From a virus (taxonomy: Duplodnaviria; Caudoviricetes), in IMG/VR virus record IMGVR_UViG_3300027672_001612, positions 45,776-109,775 of that record: a stretch of 64,000 bases of DNA. One strand, written 5' to 3'. Shown here piece by piece: positions 9,075-19,394 of this stretch; the stretch's first letter is position 1; the number at the start of each line of letters is the position of its first letter. A program made the position numbers and the translations under genes. The notes beneath the pieces are model-generated. The model was not told the DNA's origin. It made no database searches and was given only the letters and a program-made list of their open reading frames with translations.

Positions 9075-10144
9075 CTATACGTTACAGTAACAGTGACTTC
9101 ACCTTGTGAGGCACTATTAACAGTTAAGTAAGCAAGTATATTAGTATCAGCTTCAGCAGTGTACACATAGTTAGGTGTACTTTCATATGGTACTGAAACA
9201 TCTTCTAAATCACTCTCATCAGCAGTCATTAACCTATCAGCATCTCCACCGTCACCAACAGTAACTATTGGAGTTGTACCATCAAATGCAGTTGTGGCAT
9301 TTACTGTAACACTAGTAATTTTACTACCCTTACTAATATTACCTAATACAACACTGCCAGTACCCATTGAATAGTTAAACGTTGCTGTGTATGTACCAGC
9401 ATCAGTAGTGGCACTATCGGCTGTTCCAATTAGTGTAAGATGACTTGCTATACTTGGATCTGCTTGACCGGCTATGTATAATCTATACTCACCGTCACCG
9501 CCATCATCAACTTTAACAAAGTCGCCTGTTTCAATATCACTAGCGGCGTATAAGGCTGTTAGGTTAGCATAGTTTCTATAAACCATACTTGAACCAGTTG
9601 AAGTAACACCAGTGTTACCAACGTACCTTGCGCCTGAAACATAAATTACGTTACCGCTTGAAGTGCCTATAGCACTAGGAAGGTTATCACCAATAAAGTT
9701 TAATATTCCTGATTGGTAATCAAAGAACCATTCATCACTTGAACCTGATCCAGTTTCAAATAATTGTGTTCCGTTTGTTTGGACATCCGCTGTGCTTGTA
9801 GGAGCCGCATATACTTTTAACTGATATGTTGCACCAAACCCAGGTGGTATCCAATTTGTTGTGTTTGTTTTCCAAGTTCTGTTATCACTTGAACTACCAT
9901 CTTCTACTATCTCTAATGCGTCACTAACAGCATCAGTATAAACTACTGCTATGCTACTGTTCGCCGCTGGTATAACTGACGTTATACTTGTACTTTGATT
10001 CCAAATATCGGAATCTTTAATAATTAAACTTGATGCTACTGGTTCGTTAGGTGCCTTTTTACTTGCATTGGTATCAGTCTTTGCTTTACCAAATCCTATC
10101 TTTTTCCAAAGTAAATCAATTTTTTGACTGTCTGAAATTGCCAT
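9071..10144 (-). CDS. Virion structural protein with C-terminal module shared with 29059-31086
   Basis: S/T/G-rich; DGEY..SATTDA..NISKG..LMTADESDL..PNYVY..VTVTY. Confidence 0.65.
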   Translation of the reverse strand: MAISDSQKIDLLWKKIGFGKAKTDTNASKKAPNEPVASSLIIKDSDIWNQSTSITSVIPAANSSIAVVYTDAVSDALEIVEDGSSSDNRTWKTNTTNWIPPGFGATYQLKVYAAPTSTADVQTNGTQLFETGSGSSDEWFFDYQSGILNFIGDNLPSAIGTSSGNVIYVSGARYVGNTGVTSTGSSMVYRNYANLTALYAASDIETGDFVKVDDGGDGEYRLYIAGQADPSIASHLTLIGTADSATTDAGTYTATFNYSMGTGSVVLGNISKGSKITSVTVNATTAFDGTTPIVTVGDGGDADRLMTADESDLEDVSVPYESTPNYVYTAEADTNILAYLTVNSASQGEVTVTVTYS

Positions 10145-12762
10145 TATGCTATACTCAACGAAGTTAGGGAGTCACCAGACTCCAGTTTTATACGCACTAG
10201 TATGTTATTACCAAAACTGTTCGTAGCGTTTTGGTCACCTAGCGTTAGAGTGAATGTATCACTGTTGTAAGTTGTATTGTCTATAATTCTGTCTCCAGAA
10301 GTAAATGCACAACCATCTGATCCGTTACCACCTGCTCCTGTGTTTCCACCTGGAGTACCAGCACCACCATAAGTAGTACCAGCTGATAACCAACCGTTTA
10401 AATTACTTGCGGCATCAATGCTTGTTGCCGGAGCCGCTACAAAGAACCCACTGACCTTACCAGTAAGTGTTACAACAAAGTTAGCCATTGTAGTTCTTCT
10501 GAATGCAAAAGTAAAGTATTGTGCTCCACTTCTACCTGCGTTTAAGTCTGGTCCTGCGGGCAAATATGCTGTGCCACTAAGGTCAGTAACAAAATGCTTA
10601 ATTGTTCCCCACCTATTTACTGCTTCTAGTGTGCCAGCGATTGTTTGTGTTCCTGTCCATGCACTACCTGTGTAATAGTTAGTACTAGAACTAAATGTTG
10701 GATTGTCTGTAGTTGGGAAACCTGTAATACGTTTTCCATCATCATTAAAGCCTGCACCTAAACTGTCTGCAACTGCAATAGCTTCTTCATTAATTCCTGT
10801 ATTGCCGTTCCATGCTTGGATGTATTTTGCATTAAGTTCTGCATAATTTCCGTTACCGTTAACATTAAACATTCTTGTTTTAAGTTGTTCAATACCAATT
10901 CCGCCACCGTTAACATTAATTGTTAAGTTGCCTAATGAATATGCAGTACCAGCCGTTTTACCAGTGTTTACATCTGGAATACCACCTGTTAAGTATGATG
11001 CTCCGCCTTGTATTTGTGCGTATGTTTTATATTGTGTTCCAATTACTGTGCCAGTAGTACCTTCTTGGTTAGTACCGTTTGTAATTTGTAATGGAGTACT
11101 TGATTGAGCGTATGTTTGACCAATCCAATCGTATGCTGTAAGTCCAGCTAATGTTAGTGTAGCATCGTTAGTGTAGTAAGGAACGCCTGATACATATCTT
11201 AATGTGCCGGGAGTTGCTTGAACTAACGTAGCGGCAGATGTATTAACAACTGCTAATGATTCAACATCATCTTTTACAAACTCTAGTGTATTGGTTGATC
11301 CCAATGTATGCTGTAGTTTGTAAGCATGTGATCCTGCTACAATGCCAACTGTACTTTTTGTAATTCTAGCTTTATAACCTTTGTTTAGTCCTGGGCTATA
11401 TATTGAACTATTAAAACTTGTACTAGTTCCGTCTTGTCCAAAAAATTGAAAATCGTCTTCTTCAGTAAGTTGTAATGAAGCATTGGTTCCACTGTCATCA
11501 CTTCCTGTTAGTGTAATAGCTCCGTCTGCCGAACCATCAACTATTGCAGTTAATGTGCCTGCATCACCGTTGTATGTTAATTCTGATAATGTATTTGAAT
11601 TAGTAACAGACCCTGCACTTGCGTTTGTGATTCTTGTTACGCTGTCTCCAGCTGTCAATGTTCCTGATCCAAAGTTATTAGTAAAGCCAGCAGTTAGTCT
11701 AGGTGAACTACCTGAACTGCTCTCACCAAATGATATTGACTTATTACCTAAGTGTTCTGGAGCCGTTGGTGCTGTTGCGTAAACTTTAATTTGGTCTGAA
11801 CTTGTATCTCCAACTTCGCCTGGATCTGCTGTACTATGTGCAGTCTGCGTTAATGTAATTGTATTTCTGCTTGAACCTGTGTCACTACCGTATGTGTGAC
11901 TTGCTCTTGCTTGACCAACATCTCCTGCGGCGCCACTGGCTACTGAATCAGTAGTTCCATCGCCCCAGTTAATTGTGTAAGTACATGTTGCACTAGCTGA
12001 GTTGGTTGTTGTGTTATCTAAGTATAATGTTTCTCCTGCACTAATCTCTCTATTGTTACCACTTAATGCACTACCGCCAGCACTAGTTGTAAATATGTTA
12101 AAGTTTGCATTTGGAGTTGCAGTATATAATGTTATTAAATCTGTTTTAGTTACAGTTGCAAAACTACCTTCGCCTGAACCACTTGTATTTCTTGCTGTGA
12201 TTACTAGGTCATATGGTGAGTTTGAATTATCTGTATAAGTATGACTTGGAGTACTATCTGATGTTGCAGTTGTTGTGTTTCCATCTCCCCAAACTATGTC
12301 ATACTGGTTAGCATTACCAACTACTGAGAGTGTTAGTGTTACTGTTAGTGGATCACCACCTGAACTTACACTAGATGTAGCATCTACACTTTTAACGTAA
12401 GTATTGTTTCTAATGTTTTCCATTGTTTCATTCAATCTATCAATGGATTCTGTAACTGATGTGGAACTAGTTAACGTAGTAACTGCGCCTGGACTAGCCA
12501 AGTCTCCGTCACCGCCTGTTCCTAATGTAATATTATATGCGTTTGTAGTACTAACTGCTAATGCAGTTTCCATCTGTTGTTTACTAACAGCGTCTGTGCC
12601 TATTACACCATCTGCTATTCTAACATTTGCTAGTGTTGTACCATCGTTCGCCATCACCTGCATTGAGCTTGTTGATGCGTTGGCAACCAGTTTAGGTCCT
12701 CTCTTTCCGAATTGTAAGTCTGTGCTTACACCTTTCTGTCCAAATCTATTTTCGTTAGCCAA
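10144..12762 (-). CDS. Large virion protein with PKD/Ig-like domains
   Basis: TTG start with AGGAG; WGDG...SHTY PKD motifs twice; N-terminal FGQKGV..LQFGKRG; late promoter at 12811-12818. Confidence 0.7.
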   Translation of the reverse strand: MANENRFGQKGVSTDLQFGKRGPKLVANASTSSMQVMANDGTTLANVRIADGVIGTDAVSKQQMETALAVSTTNAYNITLGTGGDGDLASPGAVTTLTSSTSVTESIDRLNETMENIRNNTYVKSVDATSSVSSGGDPLTVTLTLSVVGNANQYDIVWGDGNTTTATSDSTPSHTYTDNSNSPYDLVITARNTSGSGEGSFATVTKTDLITLYTATPNANFNIFTTSAGGSALSGNNREISAGETLYLDNTTTNSASATCTYTINWGDGTTDSVASGAAGDVGQARASHTYGSDTGSSRNTITLTQTAHSTADPGEVGDTSSDQIKVYATAPTAPEHLGNKSISFGESSSGSSPRLTAGFTNNFGSGTLTAGDSVTRITNASAGSVTNSNTLSELTYNGDAGTLTAIVDGSADGAITLTGSDDSGTNASLQLTEEDDFQFFGQDGTSTSFNSSIYSPGLNKGYKARITKSTVGIVAGSHAYKLQHTLGSTNTLEFVKDDVESLAVVNTSAATLVQATPGTLRYVSGVPYYTNDATLTLAGLTAYDWIGQTYAQSSTPLQITNGTNQEGTTGTVIGTQYKTYAQIQGGASYLTGGIPDVNTGKTAGTAYSLGNLTINVNGGGIGIEQLKTRMFNVNGNGNYAELNAKYIQAWNGNTGINEEAIAVADSLGAGFNDDGKRITGFPTTDNPTFSSSTNYYTGSAWTGTQTIAGTLEAVNRWGTIKHFVTDLSGTAYLPAGPDLNAGRSGAQYFTFAFRRTTMANFVVTLTGKVSGFFVAAPATSIDAASNLNGWLSAGTTYGGAGTPGGNTGAGGNGSDGCAFTSGDRIIDNTTYNSDTFTLTLGDQNATNSFGNNILVRIKLESGDSLTSLSIA

Positions 12763-12810
12763 TTTAAATAACTCCTACAAGTACGATTTCATATGAATGT
12801 TCGTTAATGT

Positions 12811-12848
12811 TATTTATCACTTGACATTCAAAATCTATGTGCTATAAT
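12811..12848. promoter_or_regulatory. Back-to-back late (-) and sigma70 (+) promoters
   Basis: GATAAATA on minus at 12811-12818; TTGACA 12821 with TATAAT 12843 on plus. Confidence 0.65.
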
Positions 12849-12877
12849 AACAATAAATTGTATTAAAGGAGAACTAT

Positions 12878-13111
12878 ATGCATAACGAGTACAAAACAGC
12901 AGGCACGTTTACAAAGAGTGCTAGAATCATTAGCGACTACGAAAATGATTTGATTTTTGAACAGCCTAGATTAGGTCTAATGAGTCAAGAATTAGTATCA
13001 TATGAGAATATTGAAAGTGGTGTGAAAAGAACTACAGTAACTAGAGTGTTTACCGTTTCTGGCGACTACAACGATCATTCTACAATAACTATATTACCTA
13101 AGAGTATTTAA
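12878..13111 (+). CDS. Hypothetical protein
   Basis: AAGGAG RBS. Confidence 0.65.
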   Translation: MHNEYKTAGTFTKSARIISDYENDLIFEQPRLGLMSQELVSYENIESGVKRTTVTRVFTVSGDYNDHSTITILPKSI

Positions 13112-13125
13112 GAGGCAAAAAGTAC

Positions 13126-14049
13126 ATGAGAGATTTATGGGTAGAAAAGTATCGACCGGATAACATAGCAGACTATGTGTTCAGAGATGCTAATCAGCAA
13201 GGACAAGTTACAGGTTGGATTAAAGACGGAGCATTACCACACTTACTATTCAGCGGAGCACCTGGTACTGGAAAAACTACACTTGCAAAAGTGTTGTTGA
13301 AGGAACTAGATGTGAATAGTATGGACATATTGGAGATAAATGCAAGTAACGAAAACAGCGTAGATACCATTCGAAGCAAGATAACAAACTTTAGTAGCAC
13401 CATGCCGTTTGGTGATATGAAGTATGTATTGCTCGATGAGGCTGATTATATTACCCCTAATGGACAAGCCGCTCTGCGTGGAGTTATGGAAACATACCAC
13501 ACGTCTTGTCGCTTTATCCTAACCTGTAACTATCCACAACGGATAATTCCGGCACTTCATTCGAGGTGCCAGGGTTTCCACATTAACAAACTAGACATAA
13601 CAGAGTTCACAGCCAGGATTGCAACTATTTGCATTACTGAAGGTGTTGAATGCGATTTAGATACTTTAGACACTTATGTCCAAGCAACATATCCAGATTT
13701 GCGTAAAGCTATTAACCTTACACAACAAAACGTAGTAGACGGACATTTACAACGTCCACAAGAAGGCGACAGTGGATCAAGCGATTGGATGATTAGTGCT
13801 ATTGAATTGTTTAAAGCAGGCAATTACAAAGAAGCAAGGAACATGATTGTTAGTCAGGCACGACCAGAAGAGTACGAAGACATTTATAGATTCATGTATC
13901 GTAACTTAGAACTTTGGGGCGATACTGACGGTAAACAAGACCAAGCAATTATTATTATTCGTAATGGTATTGCAAAGTCTATAGCAGTAGCTGACCCAGA
14001 AATCAACTTGTCGGCTACTTTAATTGAATTACAGATAAATAGTATGTGA
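13126..14049 (+). CDS. Clamp loader AAA+ subunit (RFC small / T4 gp44-like)
   Basis: LWVEKYRP, GAPGTGKT, EINASNE, LLDEAD, FILTCN, SRC. Confidence 0.93.
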   Translation: MRDLWVEKYRPDNIADYVFRDANQQGQVTGWIKDGALPHLLFSGAPGTGKTTLAKVLLKELDVNSMDILEINASNENSVDTIRSKITNFSSTMPFGDMKYVLLDEADYITPNGQAALRGVMETYHTSCRFILTCNYPQRIIPALHSRCQGFHINKLDITEFTARIATICITEGVECDLDTLDTYVQATYPDLRKAINLTQQNVVDGHLQRPQEGDSGSSDWMISAIELFKAGNYKEARNMIVSQARPEEYEDIYRFMYRNLELWGDTDGKQDQAIIIIRNGIAKSIAVADPEINLSATLIELQINSM

Positions 14050-14294
14050 TGATAAAGAGAATAATACAGTGGTGGAAAAAGTTAATATACGAAGAGTATG
14101 AAGTTACCATATGGTTCAAAAACGGTAATACGTTTAACATCGGACCTGGTAATGATAAAACTCGTAAGAAGTTTAAACTGAAGTCACTTAAAAAAGTCAG
14201 CAACACTCATATTAAGGGCAAAGACCTTAACTATAACGAGTGGGAGATTAAAACTGTAGAACCTTTTGATTACAATATTGTTAAGATTTATTAA
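14046..14294 (+). CDS. Hypothetical protein
   Basis: Overlaps clamp loader stop. Confidence 0.55.
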   Translation: MMIKRIIQWWKKLIYEEYEVTIWFKNGNTFNIGPGNDKTRKKFKLKSLKKVSNTHIKGKDLNYNEWEIKTVEPFDYNIVKIY

Positions 14295-14296
14295 CA

Positions 14297-14893
14297 ATGC
14301 TTCTACTCAAAGAACACGAGCTCGACAAAAGTCTGAGTGAAGACCATTTTAGCGTACTATTTAATTATGCACAGCATTCCACTACACAGATTCTATTAAA
14401 CGAATTCATGCAAACAAAGTTTGCAACAATCAATGGAGTAAGAAAGCACACGGAAGTGCCTATTCATTTACATGATGTGTTCGATTTACACCCAAGTGGC
14501 ATGTTACATAAAGCTGGACTAGAAATGCAAACTACGGACTTGAGTGATATACATTATCATAGCACAACTCCGTTAGAAGTTGACCAACCAAAAATAGTAG
14601 CAGACGGCCCATACGATTTAGTGTATGTAAATTTACCATACAAGTTACCACAAAGTCCTAATAGTGTAGACCTAGTTGTCGGAGAGACAATTAAGTTATG
14701 GTGGTCAGCAATGGAAGTCGGTGCAGTAATGATTGTCCCAGATTACAACAAACTTGTTATAAGACGTCAAGTAGATTTATTTTTGCGGACTAGAATGTAT
14801 AGCAAACATGAAAAATACTTTGATACTAATTGGGACCAACCAGATTTAGGCGAAGACCATTTTATGATAGCCATACAGAAAAATGAGATTTAA
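14297..14893 (+). CDS. Degenerate SAM-methyltransferase-like protein
   Basis: YDLVYVNLP...MEVGAVMIVPDYN resembles the C-terminal half of 17137-17694. Confidence 0.4.
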   Translation: MLLLKEHELDKSLSEDHFSVLFNYAQHSTTQILLNEFMQTKFATINGVRKHTEVPIHLHDVFDLHPSGMLHKAGLEMQTTDLSDIHYHSTTPLEVDQPKIVADGPYDLVYVNLPYKLPQSPNSVDLVVGETIKLWWSAMEVGAVMIVPDYNKLVIRRQVDLFLRTRMYSKHEKYFDTNWDQPDLGEDHFMIAIQKNEI

Positions 14894-15911
14894 AGAACAA
14901 GCAGTAGACATTATTATTGAAGAGCATAGTTTTGGCCCATGGCTAAAAGAACTAAAGCCTGAACTTCATATGCAGAAAGTAATGGTTATTGCAAGTAGTA
15001 GTATCAATATTGATTTAGTTAAGCAAGAACTTGCAAAGTGTAGGTTTGAGAACGTAGCATATTTAATAGATAGTTTTGTAGATCCTACTACACAAAGTAT
15101 TCAACACGCAAACACCATGTTCAATCAATCACAATGCGATACTATTATTGCTATAGGCGGAGGCAGTGTAATTGATTTAGCAAAAGGTATAATGTACGAA
15201 CAAATAGGAAACCATGTTATTTTTATAGCATGTCCTACAACGTATGCTGGTACAGAACTTACTAAAGGCTTTATGGTTGTTAGAGATGACTTAACCAAAA
15301 AAAGTGTATATGATATAGCAGTACAGCCAGATGTTATTCTAATTGATCCTATATTGGCACATACTTTACCACACAAAGTTAGTGAAGTAGTAGCACTCGA
15401 CGCCTTAACGCATTGCTTAGAAGGAGCGACAAGCAGTCTAGCGAACCCTGTAGCTGATGGTAGTGCATTGTATGGAATACAACTAGCATTGCAACACTTA
15501 CCCGGAACCATAGACGCTGACTGGCGTAAAGATATGGCTATAGTTGGGCTACTGGGCAGTAAAGCAATGGACTGTGGCTTAGGGCATATTCATACTATAA
15601 CGTATGCTATTGCTAATAACACAAACTTATCACACGGAGAGCTTAATTGCTTATTTGCTCCGTTTGTTATTGCTAAGACTATTGAGAAAGGCATAGACGA
15701 GGGCAAGGATGTTTATAAATTTGTGGACTTGGATAAAGTGTTAGCAGTTTATAAACATTACATTATAGAATGGGATCTAATAAAACGTTACACTAAAGAC
15801 CATGAGCCTCGATTTATTGACCAAGCAGTTAGAGACAGCGGATACATTAGTCACCCTGTTACATTCAGACCACAAGACTTCCAAGATATATTCGACAGCA
15901 TAATCGGATAG
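14883..15911 (+). CDS. Iron-containing alcohol dehydrogenase family
   Basis: AIGGGSVIDLAK, PTT.AGTE, DALTHCLE, GHIH, SHG. Confidence 0.9.
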   Translation: MRFKEQAVDIIIEEHSFGPWLKELKPELHMQKVMVIASSSINIDLVKQELAKCRFENVAYLIDSFVDPTTQSIQHANTMFNQSQCDTIIAIGGGSVIDLAKGIMYEQIGNHVIFIACPTTYAGTELTKGFMVVRDDLTKKSVYDIAVQPDVILIDPILAHTLPHKVSEVVALDALTHCLEGATSSLANPVADGSALYGIQLALQHLPGTIDADWRKDMAIVGLLGSKAMDCGLGHIHTITYAIANNTNLSHGELNCLFAPFVIAKTIEKGIDEGKDVYKFVDLDKVLAVYKHYIIEWDLIKRYTKDHEPRFIDQAVRDSGYISHPVTFRPQDFQDIFDSIIG

Positions 15912-15932
15912 CCAACTAGAAAGGAAACATAG

Positions 15933-16745
15933 ATGAGAGTTTTAATATTTGGGTTACCGGGGAGTGGTAAAACATACATAGCAGAACGATTAGCCAAATG
16001 CTTTGGCGATAAAGTAGCCTGGTTCAACGCAGATAAAGTAAGAGAAGAAGCAGACGATTGGGACTTTTCGGACGAAGGTAGACATAGACAAAATCGACGA
16101 ATGATTGATTTATGTAGTAATGCTGAACTAGAAGGTAAAGTTGCTATAGCAGACTTTGTAGCACCGTTTGGAAATGCTAGGAATAGATTCCAGGCAGACT
16201 ACGAAATATTTGTAGACACTATTGACGAAGGTAGATTTGAAGATACTAACAATGTTTTTGAAAGACCTACTCCAAGAAACATTACTAACTGGATTTCCTA
16301 TATTGTAACCGAACAACGTGGCGAGACTGATGTTAACATTATTGCTTATGAAATTGGACAAAGATTTATTTGGAACAATCAAGCACCCACAACTCAGATG
16401 CTAGGAAGATTTCAACCATGGCATCCAGGACACCAAGCACTATTTGATAGAGCAATGGCAAAACATGAACAAGTAGTATTGATGGTTAGGGATATGCCAA
16501 CCGACGAATCTAATCCTTATCCAGCACACGAAGTTGTAGAAAACTTACAACAAAATTTATGCAAATATGCTGGCAAAGTTAAAATTGAAGTTGTACCAAA
16601 TATTTTAAATATTACATATGGTAGAGCAGTAGGATACAAGATTGAACAAGAAGTGTTCGACGATGCTACACACGATATTAGTGCTACTAAAATTCGTAAG
16701 AACAGCACCATCTGGGAATACAAGCCAAAAAGAAAGGAGACCTAA
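15933..16745 (+). CDS. APS-kinase-like P-loop kinase fused to an HxGH nucleotidyltransferase
   Basis: GLPGSGKT, NADKVR, DFSDEGR; C-terminal GRFQPWHPGH and ISATKIR. Confidence 0.8.
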   Translation: MRVLIFGLPGSGKTYIAERLAKCFGDKVAWFNADKVREEADDWDFSDEGRHRQNRRMIDLCSNAELEGKVAIADFVAPFGNARNRFQADYEIFVDTIDEGRFEDTNNVFERPTPRNITNWISYIVTEQRGETDVNIIAYEIGQRFIWNNQAPTTQMLGRFQPWHPGHQALFDRAMAKHEQVVLMVRDMPTDESNPYPAHEVVENLQQNLCKYAGKVKIEVVPNILNITYGRAVGYKIEQEVFDDATHDISATKIRKNSTIWEYKPKRKET

Positions 16746-16756
16746 GTCTCCCTTCT
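16731..16756. terminator. Hairpin between convergent genes
   Basis: AGAAAGGAGAC-CTAA-GTCTCCCTTCT. Confidence 0.5.
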
Positions 16757-16782
16757 CGGTTTACATTTGTAAAAGCAATCCG

Positions 16783-17013
16783 TTACTTTTTAAACAAATG
16801 GTATAACACAAAAGCACCTACGAGACCTAGCAATCCTTCCGCTGATAGTCCTTTCAGTATACCCATAACATTATCTACTACACTTATCTCGGGCCAGAAT
16901 GGAATTCCCACTCCGCCGAATAATACTTCTAGTATAATGCCTAGTGCTAAAACAGATAAACCTGTCTGTGTCAAACTGTGAGCCCAATCACCCACCTTTT
17001 TAATTATATCCAT
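16783..17013 (-). CDS. Small membrane protein
   Basis: GGAGA RBS before ATG 17013; two hydrophobic helices. Confidence 0.7.
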   Translation of the reverse strand: MDIIKKVGDWAHSLTQTGLSVLALGIILEVLFGGVGIPFWPEISVVDNVMGILKGLSAEGLLGLVGAFVLYHLFKK

Positions 17014-17136
17014 ATAATATTCTCCCAATGGCTATTATATAAGCCACTAATATTTACGCCAGTAAGATAAGGATTAACTACTGCTTTAAGTTAAATAAGT
17101 ACTTTAACCCACAAAGCACTAGGATAACTACAAAAA

Positions 17137-17694
17137 ATGTTAATAGATGAAACAGAAATCCCGGATCCAGAGAATATCGCCCTTGAAGGGTACGATGAAG
17201 CTGTTTTGAAAATATTGCATCATTTTGCTTATGACCGAGAAAATATTGCATGTGTGGAATTCGGGAGAGGCAACGGAAAATTAATTGCATGGTTCGACAG
17301 ACATTGTCTAGAAACCGGTGGTAAAACTGTTGCATTAGAAGATTGGAATCAGACTATATTTCAGGCTGATAAACAACTATATGATGATGTAGATGTGCTA
17401 GAGTGGAACGCATTTGGCGGCAATATTCTAGAAAAACAGTTTGATTTTATATACTGTTCTCTACCTAATCAAATTCCTGGACTCAGTAATGAGATGTTCC
17501 AAGACAGACTTAACGAAGCATTTGTGAAGTTAAAAAATATGCTGAGTGAAGGTGGCATATTAGTTACTACAGACTACAATGTAATAACTATTAAAAAAGC
17601 AGTGGCACATATAGACATGCCAAGGTGGCCATACATAAACACATCCACATTAGAAGATCCAGAATACTATTTGTGTGTAATGCATAATGGATAA
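17137..17694 (+). CDS. Class I SAM-dependent methyltransferase-like protein
   Basis: VEFGRGNG motif I; FDFIY; LSEGGILV..DYN. Confidence 0.65.
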   Translation: MLIDETEIPDPENIALEGYDEAVLKILHHFAYDRENIACVEFGRGNGKLIAWFDRHCLETGGKTVALEDWNQTIFQADKQLYDDVDVLEWNAFGGNILEKQFDFIYCSLPNQIPGLSNEMFQDRLNEAFVKLKNMLSEGGILVTTDYNVITIKKAVAHIDMPRWPYINTSTLEDPEYYLCVMHNG

Positions 17695-17899
17695 CTTGGT
17701 AAGTGATTTATTAAGAGAGCCTGAGTTTAAGCCTAGTGGGTTTGTTTATAAACATATTGCTGGAGGAAATCCAGATCCTATAAGAGCAGTACAAAGTGCA
17801 GTAGACCGAATGAGGGAACTTCACGATATAGAAGATCATCAATTCGGCCCACTGTGTGAAAAATTACTAGTTGAGCTTAATAGGCTTTGTAAATCTTAA
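17687..17899 (+). CDS. Hypothetical protein
   Basis: Short coupled ORF. Confidence 0.5.
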   Translation: MDNLVSDLLREPEFKPSGFVYKHIAGGNPDPIRAVQSAVDRMRELHDIEDHQFGPLCEKLLVELNRLCKS

Positions 17900-18623
17900 G
17901 AACTTCTGCCACGGCAGGATGTCTCTCAATTTGTGTATGGTCAAATTCTACTAAACTAATTCTTTCAGACTTAATATCTTTAATCCTTTCTAAAAAGTCT
18001 TTCAATCCATTGTCAGCATAACCTCTATCATATTGATTAAGGTCACCGGTAACAATTAGTTTACTGTTATCACCGATCCTGGTCAATAGCATTTTCATTT
18101 GTTCTTGTGTAGCATTTTGCATCTCGTCTGCAAGTATAATGGCATCTTTAAACGTTCGTCCTCTCATGTATGCCAACGGTGCTACTTCTATTTTATTGTT
18201 CTCTACCAAGTACTCCATCTCCTTAGGATGATAGAACTGGTCAAAAATATCAAAGATTGGTCTGGTCCAAGGAGCCATCTTCTCTACTAATGTGCCTGGG
18301 AGAAAGCCGTGCTGTTCATCTACTGAAACTGCCGGTCTCGTTATTACAATTTTATCAACCCTACCCGCCCTGAACTCTCGTATAGCATATAATGTACTAA
18401 TGAGGGTTTTACCTGTGCCGGCTGGGCCAGTTGTGAATACTATGTTGTTGTCAGGATTTGTTAACGACTCTAGAAGGTCATCCTGTTTGAAGTTTCTGGG
18501 AACTATGTTTACCTGTGTTGATCGTGATATGGTCTCTACCTGACCACCTTTAATTATTTTCAAATTATGACTCTCCCTGATTTGTGTTTTGAATTCTCGT
18601 TCTTTACGTTTCTTTCTAGACAT
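17877..18623 (-). CDS. phoH: PhoH-family ATPase
   Basis: GPAGTGKT, ITRPAV, GFLPG, PLAYMRGRTF, DEMQN, LLTRIG, TGD..Q.D. Confidence 0.96.
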   Translation of the reverse strand: MSRKKRKEREFKTQIRESHNLKIIKGGQVETISRSTQVNIVPRNFKQDDLLESLTNPDNNIVFTTGPAGTGKTLISTLYAIREFRAGRVDKIVITRPAVSVDEQHGFLPGTLVEKMAPWTRPIFDIFDQFYHPKEMEYLVENNKIEVAPLAYMRGRTFKDAIILADEMQNATQEQMKMLLTRIGDNSKLIVTGDLNQYDRGYADNGLKDFLERIKDIKSERISLVEFDHTQIERHPAVAEVLKIYKAY

Positions 18624-18640
18624 GTTATACTCCTAGTTAG

Positions 18641-18699
18641 CCCAGATGGATAGGCGCTTATGGCTGTGAAATTGCCATAGATTTTCCTATATGCCTGGG
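18641..18699 (-). promoter_or_regulatory. Structured 5' leader of phoH
   Basis: Three nested stems CCCAG/CTGGG, ATAGG/CCTAT, TATGGC/GCCATA just upstream of the AGGAG RBS. Confidence 0.6.
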
Positions 18700-18824
18700 G
18701 GTCTGAGACTGCTATGTGTTTGGTTGTTTTTAACATACTCATAATTTACTTATCATGGTGTTCAACAAGAATAACTAATTAGTTAATGATATGATAAATA
18801 CATTTATACTAGGAAAGAGGCATT

Positions 18825-19394
18825 ATGCAAACATTAAAAATTATAAACGACAACATTCGCAAGATATCCGATACAAATACGTTATTAGATATGCTTTTAG
18901 AGTTTGAAGGCGTATTAGATACATTTGATATCTATGCTTATAAAAACTGGCAGTTGGGTGAAGTTGTTAATGGACCTAAATTAGGTAGATACTTTATTGA
19001 AGTACACTTAATGTGGAAGACAGAAGAAATGCCTGATCCAGAAGCTTTACTTAGACTTAAAAAGAATGACTGTGAAGTTAAGATGTATAAAGACAAATTA
19101 ACTAAGAGTAAGAAAATAACAAGCGTTGAAGACACTGAGGTGGTAACAAGAGGTAACGTGCCTAGGCGTGTTGCTAAGAAAGAAACTCACGATATATGGA
19201 TAGTAGAAATTAAAATGCCACGTAGATTCGTAGACGAGTTTAGCACAGAACAAATTGAAGCGGCAGAAGATGCCTATGTAGATATGGAAGCGATTCAAAG
19301 TGGAACGGATCAGAACTTGGAAGAGCCTACTAACATAGTAGATCCAATGGCTGAACCGGCACCTATGGGTCCTGAGGCAGGAGTTGGTCTATAA
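18825..19394 (+). CDS. Hypothetical jumbo-phage protein (late)
   Basis: GATAAATA at 18793; GAGG RBS. Confidence 0.7.
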   Translation: MQTLKIINDNIRKISDTNTLLDMLLEFEGVLDTFDIYAYKNWQLGEVVNGPKLGRYFIEVHLMWKTEEMPDPEALLRLKKNDCEVKMYKDKLTKSKKITSVEDTEVVTRGNVPRRVAKKETHDIWIVEIKMPRRFVDEFSTEQIEAAEDAYVDMEAIQSGTDQNLEEPTNIVDPMAEPAPMGPEAGVGL

